From the NCBI RefSeq assembly GCF_009914755.1, contig NC_060925.1: 64,000 nucleotides of DNA. One strand, 5' to 3'. Under the pieces are notes generated by a model. It was given only the letters and a program-made list of their open reading frames with translations, was not told the DNA's origin and did not search any database. The stretch is from the human T2T-CHM13v2.0 reference genome, Homo sapiens. This document shows positions 47,450-61,175 of the stretch, piece by piece. Made by a program: the position numbers and the translations under genes. Positions within the stretch are counted from its first letter, which is position 1. Each line of letters begins with the position of its first letter.

Positions 47450-48040
47450 GCCTTCAGTACTTACTAAGCATTTTACATATATTCTGTTATCCAATCTTTC
47501 CAACAAGCTGAACTGTTTTAATTCTCATTTTATGATGCAGAAAGTGATGCAAGAGACTTGTGTAAGGTGAAACAACTGGGTAGGGCAGAAACTGGGATTC
47601 AAACCCACTCAATCTGGCAACAGAGCCTGTGATCTTGACTGCTGTGCTATGCTGCCACCATCCTACTTAACAGAACGTTGGCTGTTTTCCAAGAACCTGG
47701 CCTTTGGGGATGCCATTTTATGGCTTAGAAGTGTGGGAGTGAAGAGGTTGGAGAGCTGGCCACCTATCTGCAGCTCACGGTTGGGAGGTTACATTTCCAG
47801 CAGAGAGCTTCAGCACTGGCCTATAAGCCACAAACACATGTGTAGTTGCATCTTGAATTAAGACAATCCCCGCTATAAATATTACAGTTTACAGCGTGGG
47901 GTAGTAGATGGAACATGAACTTCATAGTTTGGTTTGAATTTAGTAGCTGACAAAGTCACTACTGACTGGGCAAGCCACTTCACACCTCTGAGCCCCAGAT
48001 TTCCCATTTCTAGAATGTGGATAATTACTTTTACATCCTA

Positions 48041-48041
<1 letters not shown>

Positions 48042-48087
<46 letters not shown>
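48042..48087. repeat. (TG)~22 microsatellite
   Basis: Perfect dinucleotide run. Confidence 0.95.
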
Positions 48088-48089
<2 letters not shown>

Positions 48090-48246
48090 GAATCAGATAA
48101 ATTATTTAGTATACATACATCATCAGAAAACTAGAATATATATACTAGAATATATATACTATTATATGATTTGTATATATCATTACGTATCTGGTATGTG
48201 TATCTTATCCTAGTATTTATACTATATATTCTAGTTTCCTTTTTAA

Positions 48247-48633
<387 letters not shown>

Positions 48634-49234
48634 TAGTGGTAAAGTCTGAGATTTTAATGTATCCATCACTTGAATAATGAACATTGTACTCAACAGGTAA
48701 TTTTTCAACCCTTACCTCCCTCCCACTCTTCCACCTTTTGGAGTCTCCAAGGTCTGTTTTCCCACTGTTTATGTCCATGTGTACCCATTGTTTAGCTCTA
48801 CTTAAAAGTGAGAACATGCACTATTTGACTTTCTGTTTCTGAATTATTTCACTTAGGATAATGGACTCCAGCTCTATTCTTGTTGCTGCAAAAGATATGA
48901 TTTCATTCTTTTTAATGGCTGGGTAGTATTCCATGGTGTATGTATATGTGTACAGACTTAGGTTATGTCGATTTCATGACTTTGCTATTGTGAATAGGGC
49001 TGTGATGAACGTACTAGTGCAGGTGTCTTTTTATAAAGCAATTTCTTTTCCTTTGGGTAGATAGCCAGTAGTGGGATTGCTGAATCAAGCCATTACAACT
49101 GTGCAAGATGGTATCTCATTGTGATTTTAATTTGCATTTCTCTGATGATTAGTGATGTTGAGCATTTTTATGTATGTTTTTTGGCCACTTGTATATCTTC
49201 TTTTGAAAAATGTCCATTCATGTTTTTTCCCCAC

Positions 49235-49540
49235 TTTTTTTTTCTTTTGTTTTTTTTTTTTGAAATGGAGTCTCACTCTGTTGCCCAGGCTGGAGTGCAG
49301 TGGTGCAATCTCAGCTCACCATTACCTCTGCCTCCTGGGTTCAAGTGATTCTCCTGCCTCAGCCTCCTGAGTAGCTGGAATTACAGGCACATGCCACCAC
49401 ACCCGGCTAATTTTTTGTATTTTTAGTAGAGATGGGGTCACCATGTTAGTCAGGCTGGTCTTGAACTCCCGACCTCGTGATCCGCCTGCCTTGGCCACCC
49501 AAAGTGCTGGGATCACAGGCATGAGCCACCATGCCCAGCC
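49235..49540 (-). mobile_element. AluS (Sg-like)
   Basis: Dimeric Alu; GACCTCGTGATCC; flanking CCCACTTTTT repeat. Confidence 0.88.
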
Positions 49541-50759
49541 ATCCTTTGCCCACTTTTTAATGGTGTTATTTGTTGTTTTCCTTGATGAGTTGTTTGAGTT
49601 CCTTATAGATCCTGGATATTAGTACTTTGTCAGATGCATAGTTTGCAAATATTTTCTCCCATTGCATAGGTTGTCTGTTTACTCTGTTGATTATTTCTTT
49701 TGCTATGCAGAAGCTTTTAGTTTAATTAAGTCTCATTTGTTTATTTTTGTTTTCGTTGCATTTGCTTTTGAGGACTTAGTCGTAAGTTCTTTGGCCTATA
49801 CCAATGTCCAGAAGAGATTTTCCTAGGTTTTCTTCAAGGATTTTTAGAGTTTCAGGTCTTATATTTAAGTCTTTAATCCATCTTGAGTTAATTTTTGTGT
49901 ATAGTGAGAGATATGGGTCCAGTTTTATTCTTTTGTAAATGGCTAACCAATTTTCCTAGCACCATTTATTGAATAGGGTGTCTTTCCTCAGTGTATATTT
50001 TTGTTGACTTTGTTAAAGATCAGCTGGTTGTAGGTATGTGGCTGTATTTCTGGGTTCTCTATTCTGTTCAATTGACCTATGTTTCTATTTTTATGCCAGT
50101 ACCATGCTGTTATAAACTTGTAGTATCATTATAGTATAATTTGAAGTTAGATAATGTGATGTCTCCAGTTTTGTTATTTTTGCTTAGGAGTATTTTGGCT
50201 ATTCAGACTCTTTTTTGGTTCCATGTGAATTTCAGGATTGTTTTTTCTAATTGAAATATGAAAAATGATGTTGATAATTTAATAGAAATCGCATTGAATC
50301 TGTAGATTGCTTTGGGCAGTATGGTCATTTTAAAAATATTGATTCTTCCAATCCATGAGCATGGAAGTTTTTTTCTGGTTTGTGTCACCTATGATGTCTT
50401 TCATCAGTGTTTTGTAGTTCTCCTTGTAGAGATCGTTCAGCTCCTTGGTTAAATGTATTCTAGGCACTTTCTTTTTAGCTATTATAAATGGGAATGAGTT
50501 CTTGATTTGGTTCTCTGCTTGATCATTCCTGGTGTATAGAAATGCTACTAATTTTTGTACATTGATTTTTTTACCCTGAAATTTTACTGAAGTCACTTAT
50601 CAAATCTAGGAGTCTTTTGGAGGAGCCTTTAGGGTTTTCTAAGTGTAAGATTATATTATTTGTGAACAAAGATAATTTGACTTCCTCTTTTCCAATTTGG
50701 ATGCTTTTTATTTATTTATTTATTTCATTCCTGATTTCTCTAGCTAGGGCTTCCAGTTC

Positions 50760-51853
50760 AAATCCTTGGTGTCCAGGCAGAAGTCTGCTGCCAGGGTGGA
50801 ACCCTCACAGATAATCTTTACTAGGGCAGTGGAGAAGGAAAACGTGGGATTGGAGGCCTCACACAGAATCCCCACTGGGGAACTGCCTAGTGGAGCTGTG
50901 GGAAGGGGACCACCTCTGCAGCAGGCTTCTGCCTGAACACCCAGGATTTTCCATACATCCTTTGAAATCTAGGTAGAGGATGCCAAACCTCCTTCACTCT
51001 CTGTGTGCCTGCAGGCTTAACACCATGTGGAAGTTGCCAAGGCCTATGGTTTGCACCCTCTGCAGCATGAGCTGTACTTGGGGTCCTTTGAGCAACAGCT
51101 AGAGCTGGAGCAGGAGGGATGTGGGGAGTATCCTCTTGGAGTGACACAGGGCATTGGAGCCCCAGGCCTTGCCCACAAAACCATTCTTTCCTCCTAGGCC
51201 TCTGCCTTGTGATCTCCAGGTTGCCTTGCAGATCTTTGGAGTGACTTCCAGGTCTCTCTCCATTGTCTTGGCTATCAGCACCTAGCTCTTTTTTAGTCAT
51301 GCTAATATCTCTAGCAAGTGGTTGCTCCACAGCTCCCTTGTATTCCTCTTCTGATAATGCTTTGTATTTCTCTGCCATTTAGCCAGATTGCAAATTTTTA
51401 AAACTTTATATTCTGCTTCCTCTTTGAATAAAAATTCTAGCTTTAAGCAATTTCTTTGCTCCTGCATCTGAGTGTAGGCCACATTTTTAATGCTTTGCTG
51501 CTTAGAATTTTTTTCCACCAGATACCCTAAGTCATCACTCTTAAGTTAAAACTTACACAGATCCTTAGGGCATGAGCACAATTTCTTTGCTAAGGCATAA
51601 TAAGAGTGACCTTTGCTCAAGTTCCCAATAAGTTCTTCATTGCTATCTGAGACCTTGTCAGCCTGGACCTAATTGTCCACATCACTATCAGCATTTTGGT
51701 CACAACCATTTAACCAGTCTCTAAGAAGTTCCAAATTTTCCCTCATCTTTCTATCTTCTTCTGAGCCCTCCAAACTCTTCCAATCTCTGCCCGTTACCCA
51801 GTTCCAAAGTCACTTCCACATTTTCAGATATCTTTATAGCAATGCCCCACTCC
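50760..51853 (-). mobile_element. MST internal sequence; 50760-50914 inverted (+)
   Basis: MaLR-int motifs (GGAAGTGACTTTGGAACTGGGTAACGGGCAGAG; CACTGGGGAACTGCCTAGTGGAGCTGTG). Confidence 0.8.
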
Positions 51854-52269
51854 TGTTTTAGGCTATTCTTGTATTGTTATGAACAAATACCTGAGACTGG
51901 GTAATTTATAAAGAAAAGAGATGTAATTGGCTCATAGTCCACAGGCTATATAAGCATGGTGTTGGCATCTGCTTGGCTTCTGGGGAGGCCTCAGGGAGCT
52001 TTCACTTATGGCAGCAGGCAAAGAAAAAGCTGGCACAAAACATGATGAGAGTGGGAGCAAGAGGGTGGTGGGGGAGGCGCCTCAGACTTTTAAACAACCA
52101 GGTATCATGAGAACTCACTATACTGAGGATAGCACTAAGAGGATGGTGCTATACCAATCATGAGAAATCTGACTCCATGATCTAATCGCCTCCCACCAGG
52201 TCCCCCCTCCAATGATGGGGATTAAAATTCAACATGAGATTTAGAGGGAACAACATCCAAACTATATCA
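51854..52269 (-). mobile_element. MSTA/B LTR (5' LTR of the truncated provirus)
   Basis: AAATACCTGAGACTGGGTAATTTATAAAG...CCAAACTATATCA. Confidence 0.85.
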
Positions 52270-53108
52270 GGGATACTCACCTGTAGTTTTCTTTTTTTGT
52301 TGCATCCTTACATGGCTTTGGTATTAGGGTGTTAATGGTTTCATAGAATGAGTTAGGAGGATTCCCTCCTCTTCATTCTTTTGGAATAGTTTCAGTAGGA
52401 TTGGTACCAGTTCTTCCTTGCACATCTGATAGAATTCAGCTGTGATTCCATTTGCTCCTGGGAGTTTTTCTGTTGGGAGATTTTTTTTTTTGATTACTGA
52501 TTTAATTTCACACTTGTTATTGGTCTGTTCAGTATTTCTGTTTCTTTCTGGTTCAATCTTGGGAGGTTGTATGTTTCTATGAGTTTATGCATTTCTTCTA
52601 GGTTTTCTAGTTTGTGTGCATAGAGATGCTCATAGTAGTCTCTGATGATCTTTTATCTTTCTGTGGTGTCAGTTGTAATGCTACCTTTATCATTTTTGAT
52701 TGTGTATATTTGAAACTTCTCTCTTCAGTTCTAGTTTTCTGATGACATATACATATCAGATAATTTACCAGAGAAGTAGAATACATAAAAAAGAATCAAT
52801 GACAACTCTAGAGTTGAAAAAATACTATAACTGAAATTAACTCAATATACAGGTTAGACACAACAGAAGAGATTAGTGAACTGGAAAATTAATAGGAAAA
52901 AAATACGTAGTACCTTGTATATGATTGGGGTTGAAAAAAATTTCTGCTGCTACCCTTACTGGGACATTGCTTGGGTTCCATTTTTTTAAACTTTTACAGT
53001 GAGTTGTTGCAAATATTCTTAAATTAATTAAAATATCCAAAGAATATGAATTATATTTATACCTAAAAGTTCTGAAATGCATCTATAATATTAAATGGGA
53101 AAAATCTG

Positions 53109-53414
53109 GGCTGGGCATGGTGGCTCACACCTGTAAACCCAGCACTTTGGGAGGCCGAAGTGGGTGGATCACCTGAGGTCAGGAGTTCGAGACCAGCTTG
53201 GCCAACATGGTGAAACTCGTTTTTACTAAAAATACAAAAATTAGCCAGGCATGGTAGCACATGCCTATAATCCCAGCTACTTGGGAGGCTGAGGGGGAGA
53301 GAATCGCTTGAACCTAGGAGGTGGAGGTTGCAGTGAGCCAAGATCGCACCACTGCACTCTGGGCAACAGAGCAGGACTCCATCTAAAACAACAACAACAA
53401 CAACAACAAAAAAA
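53109..53414 (+). mobile_element. AluSx-like with (CAA)n tail
   Basis: Dimeric Alu. Confidence 0.9.
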
Positions 53415-54454
53415 CAATAAAAAGGAGTAGGGGGGAATATCTGCATAATCAATGACTACTACATAGGAAATATTGGTCTCTTTCATACCTGCTCACACAC
53501 TCTTTCAAACAGTTCCCTTCCCTTTATCAAACATTTATTGAGAATCTACTATGTGCTGGAGATGAATAGGGAACAGCTCAGGAAGCCTGTGGTCCTCAGT
53601 CCTCAGCTACATGTGGTCTCCCAGACTATGACTCACATTTAGGTTGGACAGGCCTCCTCTCTGCTTACCTCTCACATCAGTAACCCAAACCTTGGCAAGT
53701 CAAGTCAGGGGTGGTGATTTTTTGGCGAGTGCCTATGTAAAGTAGATGGGATTGGTGGATTCTGTCCCAGGAGGCATCCTCTCCTGGGGGTTCTTTATTC
53801 TGAAGTTTCAGCAGTAAGTAGCACTTTAGAACAAGCACAGCTGTGTTTCAGATTTTCTTTCTGTTAATGGAAGAGAAACTTGTTGCAGAAAAATTTTCCT
53901 ACTGACAACAAGTAGAAAAACCGGCCCCAAATAAAACAAACCAAACCTACCACCATCACCACCACCACCAACAGCAACAACAAAACTCATGTGTGTGAGA
54001 ACACCAAAGAGCTACCAAGGCAGCCAGCACTTAGGGAGGCAGCATCCAGAGGGAGGAGAAATCCAATGATGTTAGTCCAATTTTCTGCTGTGTCTTCTCT
54101 TTTAAGGCATTTGACAATTGCAACCTGTGTGAGGCTAAGAGTTAAGAAGTTGAACAGAACTCAGTAGTCAAAACAAAACAAGGAAACAAAGCAGGAATTT
54201 TGGAAGTCTTATGGGTCTGGGCCGACAAATATTGAAATTAAGGTCTGCTAAGGAGGAAGGTCCCTGGCAATTCCAGTTAGCGCCCTGAAATGGCTCTATT
54301 TTAGGAGTTAGAGTGGATTGAAAATAGAGCATCCCTCAGAAAAGACTAAAGCCCAGCTTCAAATCCCTCAATTCTCAACCGGATTGAGGTGATTTACCTT
54401 CACTCTACCTCAAAGCAGAACTAATTTTTTTTCTGGAGAAAAATATAATTCACC

Positions 54455-54766
<312 letters not shown>

Positions 54767-55515
54767 TGTATATATATAATTCACCAACACCTCAAATTCT
54801 CTTTATAATTGTTCATACACAATCTCTGGGATTGAATAAAAAACAATCTCAGGCACGCTAGGAAATAGGACAAAACAACAAAAAACCAAGACAAAGACTT
54901 GAAGTTATTTACGCATGGACATTAAAATAATTGTGATTAATATGCTTAATAAAATAGATGAGAAGACGGATAATTTTGTCAAATAGCTAGAATCTATAAA
55001 AATTAGATAACAACTCTAGAACTGAGAAGTACTTTAGCTAAAATTAATTCAATATATGGGTTTAACAACAGATTAGACACAACAGCAAAGAAGATAAGCA
55101 ACCTGGAAGACCAGTAGTAACCTACATAGTGAAGCATAAAGAGAAAAAGGGTAAGAGACATATGGACATGGTAAAAAAGATCCAATAAGTATCATTGAAG
55201 TTCCAGAATGAGAAGAAAAAAGACAGTGAAGCAGAAACAATATTTGAAGAGATACTGGCCAAGATTTTCCAAAACTGATTAATATCATCAAGCCATAGGC
55301 CCAAGAAGTTCTATAAACCACAATCCAAGTAAGTACAAAGAAGACTACTGTAGGCAGATCATCACAAAACTTATGAAAATGAAAAAAGGAAGTTAGAGAG
55401 AAGAAGATACTACTTTCAAAAGAGCAACAAGACAAACAATTGACTTCCCTAAGGACCTGATGAAAGCCAGAAGACAATGGAATGGCATCTTTAAAGTGCA
55501 GAAAGAAGATAATAG

Positions 55516-55660
55516 TGTCTGGGCACAGTGGCCCATACCTGTAATCCTAGCACTTTGGGAGGCTGAGGTGGGAGGATCCCTTGAGGCCAGGAGTTCAAAA
55601 CTAGCCTGGGCAACATAGCAAGACCCCATCTCTATGTTAAAAAAAATTTTTAAAAGAAAA
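55516..55660 (+). mobile_element. FLAM_C-like Alu monomer
   Basis: GGAGGATCCCTTGAGGCCAGGAGTTC...GCAACATAGCAAGACCCC. Confidence 0.8.
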
Positions 55661-55929
55661 TAATAACCACCTAGAATTTCATATTTACAGAAAATAATCT
55701 TAGGACACAAAGCTTAAATAAAGGTGTTTTCAGAAAAAGAAAAAAAATCTAGAGAATGTATTCTAAAATACTAAAAGAAATCTACCAAAGGGAGTTTTCA
55801 GGTAGAAGAAACATGATCCCAGAAGGAAGAACAAACATGCAGAAAGGGTTCAAGACCAATACAAAGAGTAGTTATTGGAAAATCTAAATATTCACTGATT
55901 TTCTAAAACAAATAATATATATAAATAAA

Positions 55930-56740
55930 AAAGAAGCCTATATGGTATATACAAATGGCTAATAAGCCCATGAAAAGATACTCAACAGCATTAGTCCTTA
56001 GGGAAATGCAAATTAAAATCACAATGGTATACTATTTCACATTCAAAAGAACAGCTACAATAAATAGAAAATAACAAACTTTGACAAGGATATGGAGAAA
56101 TGGGAACCTTCCAGTATTTCTGGTCAGAATGTAAAATGGTGCAATCATTTTGGAAAAGTTTGGCACTTACTAAAAAAGGTAAAGGTAAAACTATCATAGC
56201 AATTCCACCTCTGGCTATCTACCCAAGAGGAATGAAAACCATTGTCCACACAAAGACTGTCATGCAGATGCTCATAGCTGCCTTGTTTATAATAGCCCCA
56301 AAGTGGAAATAACCTAAGTGTTCATTAATTGGTGAAAGACAGAGAAGTGTGGCATATCATACAATGGAATACTATTCAGCAACAAAAGGGAATAAACTAC
56401 GGATACGCGTTACATCATAGATGAACGTTGAAAATAGCACGCGACGTGAAAGAAGCCAGACACAAGAGACCAACCACACACTGCGATTCCATTTCTATGA
56501 TATATCCAGAAAAGGCAAATTTATAGAAACAGAAAGCAGATTAGTGGTTGCCTAGGTCTAGAAATGGGAATGGATATTAACTGTAAATGGACATGAAGGA
56601 TTTTATCGGGGGGTAAATTGCTATAAAATAAATTTATGGTGATAGTTGCACCACCTGGTAAAATGTAGTAAACATCATTGACTTGTACACTTGAGATGAG
56701 TATTATGATATGTAAGATATACCTGAATAAAGTTGTTTCA
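55930..56740 (+). mobile_element. L1MB-type 3' end
   Basis: GGGAAATGCAAATTAAAATCACAATG...TATACCTGAATAAAGTTG. Confidence 0.75.
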
Positions 56741-57309
56741 AATGTATGTAGAATTAAAATACGTAACTGCAGTAGCACAAAGGCAGATGAAAGTAAATGG
56801 AGGTAGTGTTTTAAATGCCTTGAATGGCCGCAAAGCAGTAAAAGTAGTAATTTATATTAGACTGTAATAAGTCAAGGATGTGTGTCATTATCTCTATGGT
56901 AACCACTAATAGAAGGGTGAAAAATGTGTAATTAAAAAGCTACTAGAGGGATAATTGTAATTAAAATACTTGATTAATCAAAAATAAGACAAGAAAAGAT
57001 AAAATAAGCAACATAAAATAGTTTTGACAAGTAGAAAACAAATAGTAATATAGTTGATATAAACCTGGATATATAAATAATTATATGTAAATAGACTAGA
57101 TGTTCTCAGTAACAAAGAAAAAAATCCAACACTATGAGCTTACAAGAGATATCCCTTAAATATGTGATACAGGCAGATTTACAATAAAAGGAGAGAAAGA
57201 GATATCATTGTAAACACTAATCAAAAGAAAGCTAGTGTCATTTAAAAAATATAAAACAAAGTGGACCTGAAGGTAAAAGACATTACTAGATATAAAGAGA
57301 AACATTTCA

Positions 57310-57728
<419 letters not shown>

Positions 57729-57868
57729 GTTCTGTGCACTTTGCTAATATCAACTCACAATATATATATAGCAATGAATGGTAAAACTAACAGTGTACCC
57801 ACAATCATAGTTGGGAATTTTAACACAGCTGTTCCATAGGATGATTTTTTTAAATGACATTTGCTCTC

Positions 57869-57872
<4 letters not shown>

Positions 57873-57938
<66 letters not shown>
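57873..57938. repeat. compound (TG)n(AG)n microsatellite
   Basis: Directly visible. Confidence 0.95.
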
Positions 57939-57939
<1 letters not shown>

Positions 57940-59273
57940 ATGTTTTTAAACCTAAGTCTTTAGTACATTTTTTTATGAAGCCGGTGCCTGGTAGATGGGG
58001 TGAACTGGGATATTGGAATGCTGGTTCTGGCAAGGGCCACCTGAACTGGGGAAGATGCAGTGGTGTGGTTTTCAGAACATCCGAGATGGCTCCTATGCCT
58101 GCTTCCCTTCTCTGCCCAAGTCCCTATTGCTGGACTTCTGAGGAAGCACAGTTATGGGTCTTGGTTGTTTCCAAAAAAGGCCTCTCTCCAGCACCAAGAA
58201 CTGCCAGATGGCAGTGGTTAGACAATCTGGGCTTCCAAGTCCTCAGGAGAGTCACTCAGACAGATGAAACTACCTTCCTATTTTTAAATAAACCCAGAGT
58301 TAGCTTTTCTGTATTCTTTCCCTGGTCAGCAATTTCTGGTGCTTTTCTATTAAGAAATGCATTCTTTTGGCTAACCCGAATCCCTCATGTCATGATTTAA
58401 GTGCCTTTATTCTAGTATGCTTACCACAGTCTTACTGATAGAAGAGGAGAAACATCACACAGCTGCCTTCTAAAGCACGGTTTTTGTTTTCTCAATCACA
58501 GAATGCATAGAGGCGAAGAGTTGCGATTCTGGAGCCAGTCTTCCTGGGTTTCAAAACGGGATTTTCCTCTTATTATCCATGTGACCTGGGACAAATTACT
58601 TTTCCTTCTCCCCATCCATAAAATAGAAATAAAGTGAGCAATTTGAGGATTAAGAAGAATCAAGAGCACAGAAGTCTGCCGACACCGTGATCAATACTAA
58701 TCATTATGGTTATACTCACTGTAGAAAATTGGGAAATTCCAGGGAGTACGAGGAAGTTTAAAAATTCCCTATGACATTGTTTCACAACTGTCCCCTGCTC
58801 CAGTACCTAGGACAATCCTTGGGATCCTTAAGAAACACTTGTTGAACTAATATTCCAAAAGGGTCATGATCACCTGCTTGTGCCCTGTAATGTGTGTCAA
58901 AGATGCTAGATGGCTAAGGTATTATGATCCTGAGGTCACCTGACACTGTCTTTATCTGTGTTACTCCGTAACCCTACTTCCTAGCACTGCACCTGAGCCC
59001 TGTAAATGATGCCTCATATTTTAATATTAGGTAGTGTATTTTCATGTGTGTGGCTGCTGTTACGAATGACCACAAACTTAGTGGCTTACAACAACAGAAA
59101 TGCATTCTTTCATGGTTCTGGAAGCCGGATGTCCAAAATTAAGGTATCAGTGGGGCTGCATTCTCTCTGGAGGCTTGGGGGGAGAATCCGTTCCTTGCCT
59201 CTTCCAGCTTCTGGTGGCTGTCCCATTCCCTGACCTGTGACTGCATCCCTCTGATCTCTGCCCCCATGGTCAC

Positions 59274-59719
59274 TGTATTAGTCTGTTTTCACACTGCTAT
59301 AAAGAAGTGCCTGAGACTTGGTAATTCATAAAGGAAAGAGGTTTAATTGACACACAGTTCCTCAGGGCTGGGGAAGCCTCAGGAAACTCACGATCATGGC
59401 AGAAGGGGAAGAAGGCACATCTTGCATGGGAGCAGGTGAGAGATAATGAGCAAGAGCAGGGAAAACTGCCTTCTAAAGCCATCAGCTCTTACGGGAACTC
59501 ACTCAGCAGCTTGCCTAGGGTCACTCGGGTAGCAAGAGGCAAAATCGTGAGTGGACTCAAGATGCATGTTCTCACTCATGAGAACAGCATGGGGGAAACC
59601 GCCCCCGTGATCCAATCACCTCCCACCTGGTCCCTTCCTTGACACCTGGGCATGTGGGGATTATGGGGATTACAATTTGAGATGAGATTTGGGTGGGGAC
59701 GCAGAGCCAAACCATATCA
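59274..59719 (-). mobile_element. THE1D/MSTA LTR (nested)
   Basis: TGTATTAGTCTGTTTTCACACTGC...CCAAACCATATCA; TSD GTCAC/GTGAC. Confidence 0.85.
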
Positions 59720-59807
59720 GTGACATTGCTTCCTCATCTGCAGTGTGTCTGTGTCAAGTCTCCCTCTGCCTCCCTCTTGTCAGGGCACTTGTGATTGCCC
59801 TTAGGGC

Positions 59808-60218
59808 TGTATTAGTCTGCCCTGGCTGCCGTAACAAATACTTCAGACTGGGGGCTTAAACAACAGAAATTTATCGTCTCACAGTTTTGGAGGCTGGAAG
59901 TCTCAGGTCAAGGTGTCAGCGGTGTTAGTCTTTTCTGAGTCCGTTCTCCTTGGCTGTAGACAGCCGTCTTCTCCCTGTATCTTCACGTGATCTTCCGTCT
60001 GTGTGTGCCTGTGTCCTAATCTCTTCTTATAAGGACACCAGTCATGTTGGATCAGAGCCCATCCTCAGGACCTCATTTCAATGACCTCTTTAAAGACCTT
60101 ATCTCCAAACACAGTCGCACTCTGAGTTAGCTTTTCTGTATTCTTTCCCTGGTCAGCAATTTCTGGGGTTAGGATGTCAACATATGAATTTTGGGGGGAT
60201 ACAGTTTAGCTCATACCA
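59808..60218 (-). mobile_element. MLT1A-type LTR (nested)
   Basis: Exact TSD AGGGC; CAACATATGAATTTTGGGGGG. Confidence 0.85.
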
Positions 60219-60417
60219 AGGGCCCACTCAGATAATTCAGGATAATCTTTCCCATCTCAAGATCCTTAATGGCAAAGACTGCTTTTTCATTTGAGGTAAC
60301 AGTCACAGATTCCAGGGGTTAAGAACTGATTTCTTGGTATGGTTCTATTTCATCCTACTACAGGTATAGAAGAGAAAGAGTGAAGGATTCTGGAAACGTC
60401 AGGCTGCTGAACCACCT

Positions 60418-60772
60418 TCATATGGTTTGGCTCTGTGTTCCCACCCAAATCTCACCTTGAATTGTAATGATCCCCACGTGTCAAGGGCAGGACCAGGTGG
60501 AGATAATTGAATCATGGGGGCGGTTTTCCCTATGCTGTTCTCCTGATAGTGATCAAGTTCTCACAAGATCTGATGGTTTTATAAGGGGCTTCCCCCTTCG
60601 CGGGGCACTCATTCTCTCTCCTGCCACCCTATGAAGAGATGCCTTCTGCCATGATTGTCAGTTTCCTGAGGCCTCCCCAGCCATGAAGAACTGTGTCAAT
60701 TAAACCTCTTTTCGGTGTAAATTACCCAGTCTCTGGTATTTCTTCATAGCAGTGTGAGAACGGACTCATACA
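60418..60772 (+). mobile_element. THE1C/D solo LTR
   Basis: ATATGGTTTGGCTCTGTG...GAGAACGGACTCATACA; TSD CACCT/CATCT. Confidence 0.85.
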
Positions 60773-61059
60773 CATCTGGTGTGGGGAAAGGGGGCAGTGG
60801 AGAGGCTTCTGCAGGATGGAACCTTCCTGTTTTGAGATCCAGTGTTGGCTTCTTGAGCCTTACCCCCAAGACCTCTTTGTGGCCATGAACCGTTCTTTTT
60901 TTTCTGCAAACAATCTTTTTCCTGTTGCAATGATGCTCAGTCCACCATCTCCTGGTTTTCATTCTGTATCTCTGGAAGCTTCTCCTCAGAAGTATTGCTG
61001 GCTCCTGTTTTGCTGTTATTTTCAGGAATGAAAATATGGCTCAAGGTTCTGCCCTAGGC

Positions 61060-61175
61060 CCCTTCCCATGTTACAGACATGAAAATGGAGGCTTAGAGAG
61101 CTAAGTAACTTGGCTAAGGTCACTCGGGTAGCAAGAGGCAAAATCGTGACTGGACTCAAGATGCATGACTCAGAT
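61060..61175 (-). mobile_element. MIR
   Basis: CCCATGTTACAGACATGAAAATGGAGGCTTAGAGAGCTAAGTAACTTGGCTAAGGTCAC. Confidence 0.75.

Larger units (their letters stand above)
59035..60362 (-). mobile_element. MLT1B/C LTR hosting two nested MaLR LTRs
   Basis: Sequence resumes after each nested TSD; outer TSD GGTAG/GGTAT. Confidence 0.8.

Noticed and set aside
50203-51378. L1 ORF2 and MST-internal ORF fragments as CDS
   Set aside because: Short decayed retroelement remnants.
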